Numbered from the whole stretch's first letter, positions 38,801 to 52,573 are shown. The stretch: 63,695 bases of DNA, filler included, from Choristocarpus tenellus KU-1152 (GCA_964200185.2; 6 parts of 6 records of this genome joined end to end with filler, not necessarily neighbours in it); one strand, 5' to 3'. Made by a program: numbers and translations. The notes: generated by a model not told the origin, from the sequence alone.

Positions 38801-40363
38801 TTTCTCCACAAAATTTGTATGAAAAAGACTGAAGAGACTATTTCATCTTGTGGTTGTAACATTGTGCAAGCAGGAAAGGGTAAGAGGACATCTATTCTCT
38901 GGCTGCATTCTCACTATCCAATTGTTCAAAAGTGGTGACACCTCCTGGAAAGATTCCATGAGGCATTGTGTGTCGACATCATAGCGCTTAATGCACACTG
39001 CAACCTTTAAAATCGGTGCCGTCAATCTGGCAATATACGAGGTATGTGCTGCAAAGTATGCGCATACTTTCACCTCTGAGCACTTCAGGGATACAGATAG
39101 GTATGTCAAAAAGGATCTAGCCTACTCCTCTATGTGAATTGGAACTGCATTCGATCATCTCTTCTTACCATCCAAAGGGAGTCCAGTTCGCAATGATAGT
39201 CAAACACTAAAAGTCAAATACAGCACTACCAAAATAGATATTCTTGCGGCGTGCTAGCTCTGGTGGCGCAAGAATTAGGGTTAAGAGTACCACCCCCCTA
39301 CATTTCCACCTTCACAATATGGTCAACAACTCCTGATATGTATGGAAGATGAAATACTGTCACCATAGAGCAGACAACAGTGTTATAAGTTCTACATATG
39401 TTCCTATACTTTGCAAAGGACTTGTTGCTAGAAAGGCAATCCAGTGAAGTTGTTGAATTGAATCACTTAGTACACATTTGCACGCATGATAAGACTGAGC
39501 TAGGTATACTTGCAACTAAAATAAGAAAATATTTAATGGAAGGAGAGTCAAATATTCGTGCCATATTTTGAATATACTACAGAACCAGGGGAGCAGTAGG
39601 TAAAAGACAAACTGCAAAGTTGATATTGGAAAAATTTGATCGAAGGCTGACAATAATAAGAGACAAAAATATATTTGGTTTGTACTACTACATGACCAGG
39701 AGAACATCGAAACTAGGAAAGAAGCGAGCCTAAGATACCTACCAATTGTTGAGGGATCAGAGTAGTGTAATAGTACTGTTCTATCATCAAGTGCAGCTTT
39801 ACTATGCAACTGTACTGTAGTTATTGATTCATACTCAATTGAATTGTGTACTACTGAGTGTGAGGGGGTGGATCTAGAAAGAAAGGCAAGAAGTTGACTT
39901 TACGGACGTGTGTCCAAGGCAGCCAAATGATGACATGACTGATCAATGTTGATGAATACTTTGCATCTTTGCATCACACAACAGTAACAAGAAGAGCAAA
40001 CTGTGATTTTTCATCCTATCTCCAACACCTGCCAGAGACTGGTGGTATGTGCGTGTACGCAAATCGTATGTTCTTTGAACACCATTTCGCAGGTCGAAGA
40101 TGTGAAGAGGGCAATTTCTCAGGAGTGCATGAATATGAATCTGCTTCTAGCCCAAAGCCCATTCTGCATGTCTTTTCTAAATACTCTTGCGTGTCGCATC
40201 TGATCTTTCATTCGCATAGCAACAAGAGTTGTCATTCCCTCCCATAGTCAGAGCCTGACTTTCTTCCTGTATACTCAACAATGGTTCTCTCGACGCAAGA
40301 GATATGCATTGTGCAATAAGTGGAGGGTGGGTCTACCTCAGCACTAGCATCAAGAGAACAAGA

Positions 40364-40394
<31 letters not shown>

Positions 40395-41009
40395 TTATGA
40401 ACCTCTTCTCAATATACATACAGGTTACTGCACCTTAATTCCACCACCCGCCCCCAAGCTGTCCAACTTTCCAGTCACCGACGTTTCCCCGGCGTGGCAT
40501 TCACGAAAAACACTATTGTTCACGGTCAATGTAGAGTTCTCAGCAAAAATTGCGCCGCCCGCCACATCAGCTATATTATGGAGGAAGAGGCAGTCTTTCA
40601 CCTCTAGAGAACCACCAACCACCAGAACTGCACCACCTCCCACATGGCCGGCGGTGCGGTTCCCTGCAACCCCGTTGCGCAAGGTGATACCTTCCAGTGA
40701 GAGGAAAGCATCCAAACCAACATCGAAGAGGGAGACCAGCGATTGCCCATCGATTTCAGCACCTATTGATGTGTTTCCGGATTCGATGTGTAACACGGTT
40801 CCTGACCCTACCGTTATTGTTGTTTCAAGAGGTATGGACCCATACCACAGTGAGGTAAATGTCCCGCCTGTACAGGTAACCGCAGACGCAAGGATCTCAG
40901 CAGTTGAGCTGTCGATTACTTCCAGAACCTGCACAGATGGGGGGCACTGTAGAGAAGCAATACGTTCAAGAAGCAGAGCCCCAAAACAGAGACACAACAC
41001 CCAACCCAT
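30467..41009 (-). CDS. Secreted/surface parallel beta-helix protein with Pmp/POMP-type GGA[IV] and FxxN repeats; exons 41009-40434, 38682-38529, 38091-37926, 37355-37217, 31437-31195, 30742-30467; 3' end missing
   Basis: Signal peptide MGWVLCLCFGALLL..., then repeated GGAI/GGAV/GGGV and FxxN motifs (FLHNIADVAGGAIF, FESNYAADGGGAL, FVVNKALENGGAIK, FRYNTARSRGG). Exon phases 0/1/2/0/0 join consistently, with one GC-AG intron. Confidence 0.85.
31690..31895 (+). mobile_element. Short copy of the CRE-like element 3' tail (intronic)
   Basis: CCTAGCCCCTCACTCTGGGGTGCAGAGCTAAGGTAGATTGGAGGC...CCCCTGGCACATC...CAGAGGGCATAAT resembles 33160-33365. Confidence 0.55.
32750..32804. repeat. (GACA)n microsatellite
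   Basis: Direct reading of the sequence. Confidence 0.9.
32900..33365 (+). mobile_element. 5'-truncated, decayed non-LTR retrotransposon 3' end (CRE/R2-like) in Pmp-like gene intron
   Basis: ORF 32921-33151 (VERFGRLGKQG...RLRQIVSVTTQVAVS) resembles the ExxGxxG...QxxSVxxQ end of restriction-like-endonuclease retroelement ORFs. Copies share the 3' end and vary in 5' extent. Confidence 0.55.
34551..34728. repeat. Perfect tandem duplication, 89-bp unit x2
   Basis: ATCAGTCAATTCAAGATATC...GAATAGTCACATACAA starts at 34551 and again at 34640. Confidence 0.92.
37653..37908. mobile_element. MITE family A (~255 bp) in Pmp-like gene intron 3
   Basis: TIRs GAGTAAAAGTGTCTTAGAGGGTA ... TACCCTCTAAGATACTTTAACT. 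The interior is shared with copies at ~58660-58905, 59416-59671 and 62944-63664. Confidence 0.85.
40363..40394. repeat. (TA)n microsatellite
   Basis: Direct reading of the sequence. Confidence 0.9.
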
Positions 41010-41727
41010 ACCTGTGCCAACCCTATCTAACAACTTGATTGCTCCAATTCCTTTCCAAAATATGGAAATAATGGAATGGAGTATTATATATCTATACATC
41101 TAAACTTGAAAAGAGAAAGGAAAAAGCCTCTGGTATATATATAGGTGGAAACTCAAGAATAGAACCATACACCAATGGTTCTGTGTGTGCATGTAATGCA
41201 TGTAAGTCTTCTACGAAATTGAAAAGAAGTTCAAATAATAGATATTGAGTATCGGAGAAACCTTTTTCAATTTCAAGACATTCTTCTGAAGAATTATTAA
41301 AATACACCACTGCAGTGATTATGCTTCTGATTGGCGGGTGGAGAAATCATATCGATATTGGAATATACATGTGTATTCTTATATTGAGGATTCTATTACA
41401 AGGAACAAGTAGAAATATGTCAAACGAAAAGAAATGTACCAGAAGAACGCACTTGAATCAATATCTTATTAAGCTCAACTAACGCATGCGATTCTTGAAT
41501 GGGTACTGATTGATTTGATGTTGTTGTGATGAGGAGTTAGTTGCGAATGCAAAAATGACAACAATGACCAGTGCAGTTGACCAATCAACATTCAGCGCGA
41601 GGTGGTGGTGATACTGTATCATATGTGAAAGTGTCAAAGGTGCCAAGTTATTTTTGCTCAAGGGGGACCGAGTTTCAAGGTCTTGCCTCTAATCTCATAA
41701 CAGATCAGTAAATCCAGTACAGTACAC

Positions 41728-41827
41728 NNNNNNNNNNNNNNNNNNNNNNNNNNNNNNNNNNNNNNNNNNNNTTAATTAATTAANNNNNNNNNNNNNNNNN
41801 NNNNNNNNNNNNNNNNNNNNNNNNNNN
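41728..41827. other. Artificial contig linker
   Basis: 44 N + TTAATTAATTAA + 44 N. Confidence 0.98.
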
Positions 41828-44800
41828 ATGGCGAGTAGGCCAAGTCCAAATCCTGCTCCTGCACCCTTGCCCCCCCCCCCCACCATCACCGCGGGCGCCT
41901 GATTCCAGTGGGAAGGGGGTACGTGGCTGGGGGCGAGGAAGGAGCGGGGGAGGAACGGGTACTTTGAATTGGAGGTGGGGGTGAATCTATTATCTGTTAT
42001 CTGTTGTGCAAAGAAGACTTGAGCCCAGGCGATAAGAAAGCGTAGGATCCGTGTTTGAAGTTTTCAAGAGTGGTGGTATGCGCCTCGTTATCTGTCCTGT
42101 TCGATCCACCAAATGAGTCTCGCATTCTGCTTCAATTTTTTTTACAGTGAAATTCTCTTCTACTTATACATGGGGTCTTGCATGGATAAACGCATGTTGC
42201 ACAACTGTAAAAGAAAATAGCCTCCTAGCAAGGCAGGATCTTCATGAGATAAGTCATACTGTCAATCTTAAGGGATGGATGCATCGTGCATGAGCAGAGC
42301 TCATTTATAGTAGTAGTGCATTGAAAGCAAGATTTTCATGTCGTGTGCCAACAAAAGTACCAACCTTCATTGAAGGTGAGAAGGTCAACAATGGATGAAC
42401 AATCGCTCCCTAACATAGGGGAGGGGTGGAGGGATCTCAACGGCAATGAAACCATATGTTGAACTTCTAAACCAAAAAATAAAACACTCAAATCCTAGCC
42501 CTGAGGTCAACATGATTCTGAATTCAACTCTCACCGCCTTCAACACTTTTCGGATCACCTACTAGAGGTTGCGAACCATGGCCCTCACGGCCCCTCAACA
42601 AGCAAACCGTAGAAAAACTTGGGACGACCTAACATTTGACGATCCCCCGAGCATAGGTGCACTCTCATTTGTATCAAAGAAGCACCCCAAGGTCCTCGGG
42701 AAATCTGTTGATAATCTTACGTAGAGCAAACGTTTCGGGCACAATGATTTCTGGTCACCCGCATTTTTCCGTAGACTTGCGCTGCAGCGGCCAACGAACC
42801 ATATGATAGGAATTGCAATGTCTCGAGAGGTACAACACAAGCGACCAGATGTTCGACTTGGCGTGAGAAGGTTCAACGTCCGAGCGCTAGGTGGCCCTAT
42901 ATCAGTTTGGTCATCAAGCAAGTCCTAGCTTGAAAAAATGGTCGCCAATGTTCGAGCGTAACACCTTGGATCCCTAGGGATTGAACATGGAAGACAACGG
43001 AAACGACTGACTTAGCCTCACTTTGAAAATGCCTGCGAGGTCACAACCCTGAACATACTCTGGACTGACAGCGTTCTCGAGGGACACTCCGACCTCTACA
43101 CGGGTTACACGATATATATTCCGAGAAAACAATCGAATTGATAAGCAGGACACAAAAGGTTATGTTCTCTTCTCTAAGAGCTTTCGTCCCACTCCGTCAT
43201 GTTGTGCTTTGGTACAGGGACACTGGTATGTTAGAGGACGAAGCCACGTACTCGCTTCTTCCAGCCCTGCAGCTCACCTTGCCTCACCACGCCGAGTCCA
43301 CTGGCTTCACAAGTCTTTCCCTGGGAGATTGATCTATCCCTTAGGCGCCACCAGTGCCAAGAGGGGTCACAATAGTAGTGACAGGAACCACAAGGTTGAG
43401 TGCTTCACGTCAACATGAGTGAGTGACATGCGATACGTAAATGGGTAAACCTAAAACGCGCGCAGTTCATCGCGCGTGTTGGTTGGGGAAGAAAACAAGT
43501 ATTACTGATTTTAACAGTACTCCTATTAGTACTACTAGTACTACTACTACTATTGTTGAACTGTTGTTCAAACATGTTCAATCTGGTGACACCTTCCAAT
43601 CAAAAGTTGTCCCAACACACTCAAAATACCACTTACCTATCTATAAACAAAAAAACTACAATCTGACACCTCCACTACTACAATACACCTCTCTTTCATC
43701 CAAGCATATACATAATGGGTGGTGGAGGTCATCATGTAAACAGTAATAGTAGTGTTACATCTCTGATCCCAGCTTCAACATGCTTGATTGAGCTGAGAAG
43801 AAGAACCAGTCGACCAAGACCATCACGTACAACCATACCTAGACACAAGAAAGTCCGCGAATATAGTTGGTAACGAAAATTCTCTTGCTTTGCGAGTAGA
43901 ACGGAGTTTCATGGTTTTAGATGATAGAATTATTCTAGGTATGTACTTTGGAGTACTTAACTATTTATTGTAACGTCTCTTTGTGACCTGTACGAGGCAC
44001 GCACAAAAAATTATTTATGAAACGTACAAACAATATCAGGTTCATCCTGCGCCTAAACTTGAAGTAAATTCAGAGCAATAATGTGAAACCTTGCGTTTTC
44101 TGTGGTGAGGTATTCCTAACTCATTGCACATCCACATTCTATTGTGTTATAGATTGTACAGGGGGATACTAGAGAGAAATGCTTGGAAAAACTTTTGCTA
44201 AGATTCTTCCATATTCTGCCCTGGCATCCCAGAAATAATGATTGCTGATCATGAAAGAAAGCCTCTCGCGCAGATCTCAACAAGACCGTAAATCGTTCGG
44301 CTGGCAATCCAATTGAGATGGTCTTCACTGGCTTCCCCCATGTCCTCACATGGACAAAGGAAAATTTGCTACGTCTATGTGAGAAGGACTGCATATATAT
44401 ACAGACAATATGGGCTTGGATAAGTGTACAAGTACTGCTTTTGTGTAGTTAATGTAGTGTGTGCGATACATTGTTCGAATGCACAAACTCTAGCAGACCA
44501 CTCAAACACATGGAGTAGTAGTAGCAATTAAGAACCAGATAAGTGTGCGGAATGAAACATAGAGGGCATTATATGGGCAGACGGATAGGAGGAGTCTCCA
44601 CTCTCACCCAAATTTACACTTAGGGATCAAATCGCACCCTGATTATTCGGAAAAGTACGGTTGTGCATACACAGGGATCAAGCCAATGTAATTTACTACC
44701 AGCAAGTCTTCGGGGCACACAGCCAAACATGATAGCGACACACTCTGCTGACCCTCATCAGTGCAACAATCGCAGCTGTACCCTCTTCTCCCCAAGCACA

Positions 44801-45558
44801 AAACTCCGACATAAGCAGCTATGGCTGTAACATGTTATGACAGATTGTTGCCCTGATTTGTACCGTATCCGCGGTGTGGTTTAATAATGAGGTAGGGTCT
44901 TGCAGACACCTTCTGGGATTCTTTAATCATTTTTGAACCGACCCTCAAGTATCGGTAAGTGTATCATCAACCGCCTCTTGTGTAACCAGTGTGTACGCAT
45001 TTAGATCCAACTGTGCAACTAAGATGTTTTGCGCGGTTTTCGTGGTAGACAATACAACATCAGTTTTCTTGGAGTATCAGTAGTCTACTTATCGTCTCCA
45101 TGTCTTGCTGCTACTATTTTTCACTACTAATTGTGAGTTACTATTGTTGCTATCACTATTATTACGAACATTATTATTTTTATTTTTTTGTTACTGGGAC
45201 GAGAAAAGTCTCTGTTGAACAGTTTTTTTAATTTGTTGAAAGCAACAATATGTCGTGAGGCAGGGTCCAATCAGTCGTGGGGGGTGTTCAGAAACACCAG
45301 TTGTGTAACGGTGGGGTGCTTTCAGCAAACCCAAAGCTCTCTCAGCCATCAAATCTTGGGAGAAGTTCGAAAGGAATCTCAGATCCGACGGTGACGTCAA
45401 CATCTTCGTGACTGTCAACGGCAAGTGGTCTGAGAATTCTCGAGAGTTCTCTGTATTTGATGTTGTGCGCGTAATCCACTTGTGAGTGCGCGCGGATGTT
45501 GATTGGATTGAGATCAGGTCCCCCCCCCAAAAGGGACCTCTTCGTCACAAATACAGAC

Positions 45559-45658
45559 NNNNNNNNNNNNNNNNNNNNNNNNNNNNNNNNNNNNNNNNNN
45601 NNTTAATTAATTAANNNNNNNNNNNNNNNNNNNNNNNNNNNNNNNNNNNNNNNNNNNN
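45559..45658. other. Artificial contig linker
   Basis: 44 N + TTAATTAATTAA + 44 N. Confidence 0.98.
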
Positions 45659-48600
45659 CCCCCCCAGATACTTTGACCCCTATGTATATCCTTCTGAGTT
45701 GGAGTAAAATAGAGGCACCCGGAGTTGCATTTTAAGGATGTCAATGCCGTGCAATATTTGACTATTTTTGTACAGAGGCGTATGTATGTACTGGAATTTT
45801 TTTTATTCTGTCGAAAATTTCCTAACAATAGAGAAGTAAACACTCTCAAGTCAAGCTTGGCACTTCATCCATAGAAACGTGGGTGGGTTGCAAAATATTG
45901 AAAAAAAGAAACTGACTTTAAATGGAAAACAGCCGAAACCTGGGTACCTATGGTTTACTTTGGCTCTCAGTGGGAGCAATGATTCAGGGATGTACCCAAG
46001 CTTGATCACTCTTGTCTTTTCATTGACGTAGGTGGAAAAACTCCACTACTTGATGCACAACACACCAATGCTTCAGGCTCTTTGATTGTAATGATACATA
46101 TATATATTGATAGCCTTACATTATGTTACACGCAATAGGAGAGAGCGATAAGCCCTGTGGCTTGCACACTCCTCCAGAATGAGAAGGGGTGCAATGAAAT
46201 ATGCTTGAAATGGTAACCACTTCTTGTGGCCACATTTTAATGTCAAGAGAGTGTGATGAGCATTACATTGCATGCATTTATTTTCATATTTCATATCCTT
46301 TTCGTATTTCTGTTAATCAGAATGCCTCCACGCCTGACACGTGGTGTATATAGAGAGGTCACTCCTTCTTAAACGAGTTCTAGGACATCAGGACAACCTA
46401 CGCGCGGGTACAACTATTAATACCACTACCTCATTCCTCAACAAGCACTTCTTTTCCGTCCCTGTTGCACATCCTTTGTGCACCCACCCACCCACCCACT
46501 CACACACCCAGGAACAAGTGAATATGCTCGACTGGTAGAGTCGGGAGGTGGTGAAGGACCAGGCAGCATTCCCCGTATATTTGCCACTCGAGTCCTTGGT
46601 AGGTGAGTCTCGCAGCAGAGTTGTCCCGTCTGTTGTCTACATGCCATGAAGGAGCGGAGGAGATGCCTACTGGTTTGGCTCACTCTTCCTGGTGCTCCCA
46701 CTAACATTGCTTTTTTTTTCCTATATTCATATGCCTTTTTCCAGGCTGTTGTTTTTGAAACATATTTCACAATAGGGCATGACTATGTACGTAACATTTT
46801 ATAGTACTTTGTTTGTAGTCATACCCCTTTGATTACGGTGTTGCACTTTGGGAAACTTGATGTCATGTACAGAGACAGTGCCACTGTAGGTGTGGAATCC
46901 TCTCTTTTCGTTTTTTCTCACGCATCCATTTTCTTAAGTACAGAGTGACCCGCCACACACTTTGTGTCTCTTGGTGTGCTCGGCGTGAGTGTGTCCATGT
47001 GCTGTAGAACAGACTGCAGCAAGAACCATGCCCATTCACAAATGAAATAAAGTGTCACTAGGTCCTAATCTCTCTCCGTGATTCCACCTACTCCCCCTGA
47101 TTCCTGTGCAACTATACTTACACTGTGTTGGGTGGAAGGTACAAGTTGAAGGAAGGAAGCAGTCCAGAAAGCCCACCCACCATTGAGGGCATTGAGCTGA
47201 CGAAGTACTACCCACTGGTGCCCAGTAGTCTTGGGCCGGCCGAAGCATTTCTTGTCATCAAGTCAAGAGTGACCTTTACCAGGCGGTCCAAATAGCTCAC
47301 CCCATGGAGTACCATGTAGGTTTTCTCAATCAATAGTTCGTTTATACTCCGGAGTAGTTGAAGTTGCAACAATTCAAGGAAGCCCATGGGATGTGATACA
47401 TGCGTATCATCCCTGAGGTGCCACCACTATTCTTAAAATGGAGCATGCGGGAATCCTAGTCAGGTACCTCATGTCTCGCTCTTACACTCTGTGTGAAATG
47501 CATTATTGCTGGGCTCTCAAGGAGAGTGCTCTCCTCACAGAACATGTGCTTTAGATTCAACGGAGTTCCTGATCCTTGTTGGGTGATCAAGTGTAAATGT
47601 AGTATGACAGTACATGCACGGCATAGTATTTTTATTGGTCATTAACAGCATTTTTCAGTTTAATAATACTATTTGGGATGTTTTGTGACTGTCTGGTTCG
47701 GTTGTGCAACCCCTTGTACTTGAATCGACGTCGTCACATCATTACTTGCCACATACAAACTAGCAACCCCAGGCAAATCCATATTGGACAGTTATTGTAT
47801 CAAGTCGTGTAATTGCTCGGCTCTTGTAATACAAGCCTGCAACCCCTTAGCTTGCGCAATCCTCTGCTTTATACTAGGGTGTTCAAATTCCTGCATGTTG
47901 TTGAAGGCAAACTCTCACTACCATTGCATCAAAGCCATCACTCCCCAAACGGATATGCCCAACACATGCTTGAAGTTGTATCAAATGTCTCTATATGTCA
48001 TATCCTTTAATGTATTATCAGATTTAGAAAGCGAGAGATTTACTGGGCACACCGGTGCCCAGGTTTATAGGGGCACCCCACTCGTGTTTTTTTGTGCTAA
48101 ATGTTCTTTTGTATTTCTCTTTGGGGGTTAGAGTTAGGATTGGAATATTTTATATGGGTGGGAGCACTTCTCTAAACTTGAGCACGTGCCGGTAAGCCGT
48201 TCCCATTTCGATACCGGTCCGAGATGTGCTTGGCGTTGTCTACTACCTCTCTGTGTCCAGACGTTATTCAAGTGTTTGATAGGCAACAGGAACAATTTCA
48301 CCTATACCTCCATTTCCACGTTGAGAGGACATGTTGAGGCTGCCACACATATGCCTAGGACACAATATCAGGCGCGAATGGAGTGGGGAATACACGTAAC
48401 TATCACGGTAGATAGTGCCACTGCCTCTGCATCAAGGAGTGTTTGAGTAACTTGCCTTCTGATTTTGTTGTGTGTGCTGGTAGACACAGTTTACAGGTTT
48501 CTTGTGCCCTTACAGCATGATCGGTACCACACATATTCGTACCGTACATAGTGGTGCGATGAGTCAGATGAGCGTGTGTAATGGTTCGAATCAGGGCGAA

Positions 48601-48696
48601 GGCTCAATCACATAAATTTTATATATCTGTTGAATGTTCTATCCACGCACACAGGAGCACCTCTTGACAGTGTGCCTCATCTGCCAAGCTATTGAA

Positions 48697-48876
48697 CATG
48701 CTTGAGTGTAATCGTATTCGTACACCTGTGACCAGAGGAGGAACAGCTGAGGCTGGTGTGACAGAAAGGGTATCCACAATGAACCATGCTTGAGTGTAAT
48801 CGTAATCGTACACCTGTGACCAGAGGAGGAACAGCTGAGGCTGGTGTGACAGAAAGGGTATCCACAATGAACCATG
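48697..48876. repeat. Near-perfect tandem duplication, 88-bp unit x2
   Basis: CATGCTTGAGTGTAATCGTA.TCGTACACCTGTGACCAGAGG...TATCCACAATGAAC starts at 48697 and again at 48785. Confidence 0.92.
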
Positions 48877-49060
48877 GCCTTTGAGGGCTATCAGGTCGGA
48901 CTCCTTCAGCTCACATCCACAATTTTTTCAGAATGGTTTGACATGACACCTGCCTTCTCTAGTAGTATACCGGAGTTGGACCATAACAAATAGGTTGACT
49001 GTCCATTGATATGGAAGCAATACGAATGGAGTGAGTGGGTGAGGGGGGTTGAAATCAGGA

Positions 49061-49380
49061 GATTGGCGATGTGTGATAGACTATCAGAACAAGTATTTGT
49101 ATCCTTCAAATGTACCTTGCTGTGGAATTTTACACTCAGATATTATTGATTATTTTGTTGGATGAATAGTAATTTGATCAAAAACTCCGTGATAAGTGGG
49201 AACATAAATCTTAGCTTTTTCTAGAGGTTTGGTTTAGGGGGTTGGCGATGTGATATAGAGACTATCAGAACAAGTGTGTGATCCTCCGAACGTACCTTGC
49301 TGTGGGAGTGTACACGTCGACAATGTTGATTATTTTGTAGGGTGAATAGCAATTTGGTCAAAAATTCCATGATAAGTGGC
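49061..49380. repeat. Diverged direct duplication, ~180-bp period
   Basis: TTGGCGATGTG...GACTATCAGAACAAGT...GTACCTTGCTGTGG...GATAAGTGG occurs twice. Confidence 0.8.
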
Positions 49381-50080
49381 GTGATGCAGCAACCATTCAT
49401 AAGGAGGTGTGTTTTTTGAAGGTACCGTGGTCATCGTCTCTCGTTGCCAGGGAAGGTCACATGTAGCTTCAAATTGTGTGCGCATACTGAGTACATCCCT
49501 TTTAATATATCACCAAATATCAGATCTACATTGGTTCAACTCACACCAACGAGTCCCCTCTACACCACAACAAAAAACTAAAATATCCCAAAAATTACAA
49601 TTGAAAATAGGACACATGTGTTCGAATCAAAATCTGATTTGTGACGTACAAATCAATTTCCAACAAATCAATGGCCGTTCTGTCACATCCTCATAAACCA
49701 GAGATGTAGGGGTTAACTCTTTCATTTTATGGATCACAATCCTTTGTTGTATGCGTTTACATTTCTGATAAGTGGGGTAGGACAAATCATTATACAACAT
49801 CACGAGACGTTGACGAATCAAGACACTACCTGTCATTTGTACAACTTGTCCTCAAAGGGTCAAATCATTTTGGACGGATTCATATTAATTCATTTGTAGG
49901 AGGGAACCGATTGCATGTCTTTCGCGTATGGGAGAGTGGTGCGTACAATATTTGTACTTTCCCCGACACATCTGGAAAATGTTAAGAGGGCATAATAATA
50001 TTCAGACATGTGTGAATCGTGTGATTCTGTGGCGGCATGGTTCACTCAGGCAAGGGTGGCGAAGAGAATCACCGGGCAAG

Positions 50081-50180
50081 NNNNNNNNNNNNNNNNNNNN
50101 NNNNNNNNNNNNNNNNNNNNNNNNTTAATTAATTAANNNNNNNNNNNNNNNNNNNNNNNNNNNNNNNNNNNNNNNNNNNN
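50081..50180. other. Artificial contig linker
   Basis: 44 N + TTAATTAATTAA + 44 N. Confidence 0.98.
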
Positions 50181-52573
50181 ATGGACACCCTGGTGTAGAC
50201 CCCCCCCCTCCCCTCCCCCACAAATATTTTGGTTTTTGAGTGTCCGAGTTCTGGAATGTCGTTTCTCGGTTACCGCAACCAACCTGCACATTCTACAACC
50301 AAATACGGAAAATCACCCGATTCAACGAACCTGTGTCAACAACATAATAATATATGAGAATGAAGAACGCACAGCTTTGACAATGTAACCTTCCCTTGAT
50401 CGATCAAACCGTTTGTAGCCTCTTCAAACTCATTTCTCAAACATCTAACCATGTGAAACTCCCTTAGGTAATATTACGTGGACATCACTTTGTAATTACG
50501 AGTTTTTTGTACTATACCTATAGTATTCAAATAGAAAATAGATTTTAGAGAGATCTTTCACAATTACAACAATTGTTACTTCTACAATTCCATATAATTT
50601 TGTTTTGGCTCTTTCTCAGATACATCTCCAAAATGCAGAGGGAATTATAATATTATACAGGTACTACATGATGTACTTTCCTTCCCCTATGTTCAACCCA
50701 ACATCCAGATCTATTTCAAGAATACAATGCTGATCCTTCAACTTCAACCTTCCCAGAACTATTAATATTATTTTGTGTTGATGTAGATTTTGTGGTGTGT
50801 TTGAGATGACGTACCTAACTCCATACAGACCGAATAATCTCCTATAAGTTTTGTTCATAATTTCAGCCCCTCCTCCTACCACAAGAACATTCGAGGCAAC
50901 ATTTTGTATGGTGGAGGTAGCATTGAAAATTTGGCTCTTTTTTTCTTCCTCTTTTTCATATCTTAGAATTTACTTTTGGAAAGTAGTACCCGTTCTAATA
51001 CCCCAAAATTATAGAGTATTGATAGTATATTTATTATGTCTAGATTTTTTTAAGGACTAGGTCTTGGAGTCTACACCCAGACTTAATAGGGGTAGCACTA
51101 ATGATTAATTCTATTTCAATAACATAGAAGTACAACAAATTATACTATTACCTATTAAAAATTGGTAGTTTTTTCGTATTTCACGATTGTCGGATATTAT
51201 TGAAGAAATGAAATCCGACCGTTATTTGTTGTGGAGGATATATTACTTTGAGGAAATGATATTTATATCTACTATGGGGAACAACTACAGTGATACATGT
51301 TTTTAGAGTCAAATGTGAAAGAAACTTACCAGTGGTACAACCAATTATTATATAATAAAATATGGGATAATTTCGGACAATATGGCAAGGGTAGAATAGT
51401 AACAGAAGTAACGTACAAGTTTTTTTGTTTTTATTGTGTAGTGAAAAGGAACTTACCAGTCGTACGGTGAAGATGATATACAAGTATTACTAAGTATTGA
51501 GGAGATGTTAGGAGGACAAGAAATGAGAAGCAACGTACAAAAACAATTTTTCCATTCCACAAGTGATCTTATAAAATAAATGGGAATGTGATGGAATTTG
51601 GTTTGTTTCTGTATGCTTAGCTAGACTGAGTGAACCTTAGAACTGCTCACTTTTGATTGGGAGGAACCTTGCATTCAACCCTTCATGTCATATGTCACTT
51701 CAATGCTTCTTGATAATGAATGAAATTTAAATTGATAGAACTTTGTAGAGCGAGCCCATCTCGTCCTCGCTCTATCCTCACTATTTATCATATTTTTCAA
51801 AATTTTCCTTCTTTCTTGTTCTTACAACAGTGGCGTTAAATCGGAGAAAAGTTCGGAAGCCCATCAATAACTAGGTCAGCCCACCAATAACTGCTGCAAC
51901 AGCAAGTACTTATCGGGTCCCGTCTCACCCTTCTAAACCCATGTACAAGATCGCAACCCTGCTAGTATATCGTGTCACTCTATCATCTTTGCTGTTCCCC
52001 GCTCTACATCAGAGAGACACATAAACACTCTCCATCTGTATGTGCTTGTGTAGTGTGCAAAGAGATACGGCTCATCTCTGGGAATACCTGTCTGCGCAGA
52101 ATTCATACTACGCGACTTGAGGCCAACCGTAGGCATCCTGTAAGTAGGGCACAGATCGGCTGAGGGAGGTGGAACTCGAAGAGTGACAAGTGAACGGCGC
52201 ATAAAATACGAGGCGAAAGTTTGTAGAAGATCGAGATATAGTCGAAGGAGAAGGTAATCTAAATGTGGGTCTATTGAGAAAATATAAATAGCTAGCCTCG
52301 AAGCTTGTGGCGTGCAAGGGTGCTACTATGCGGCAAATGGGTTTGGCCAGTCAGGTATATCTTGAGTGTCGTAGCTATCCTCGTCATAAGAACCTACCGT
52401 ACAACTCCAAAATTTCTATGTATTAATATTTTTAGTTGTATACTACATGCATCTGTAAGGCAGGTACAGCAACATAATTACAGTACGCAGCAAACTTGCT
52501 TAACCCGTTCGAAGAAGATAACCCGTCACTAATTTGTTTCTGGCCCCGACAGGTAGCTGAACCGGTTGGTGAG

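Noticed and set aside
40516-41103. 195-aa plus-strand ORF
   Set aside because: Antisense to exon 1 of the Pmp-like gene.
42595-43418. GC-balanced segment with short ORFs
   Set aside because: Probably decayed TE sequence, but no diagnostic motif supports a call.
48540-48606. B-box-like GGTTCGAATC
   Set aside because: No cloverleaf structure and no convincing A-box spacing.
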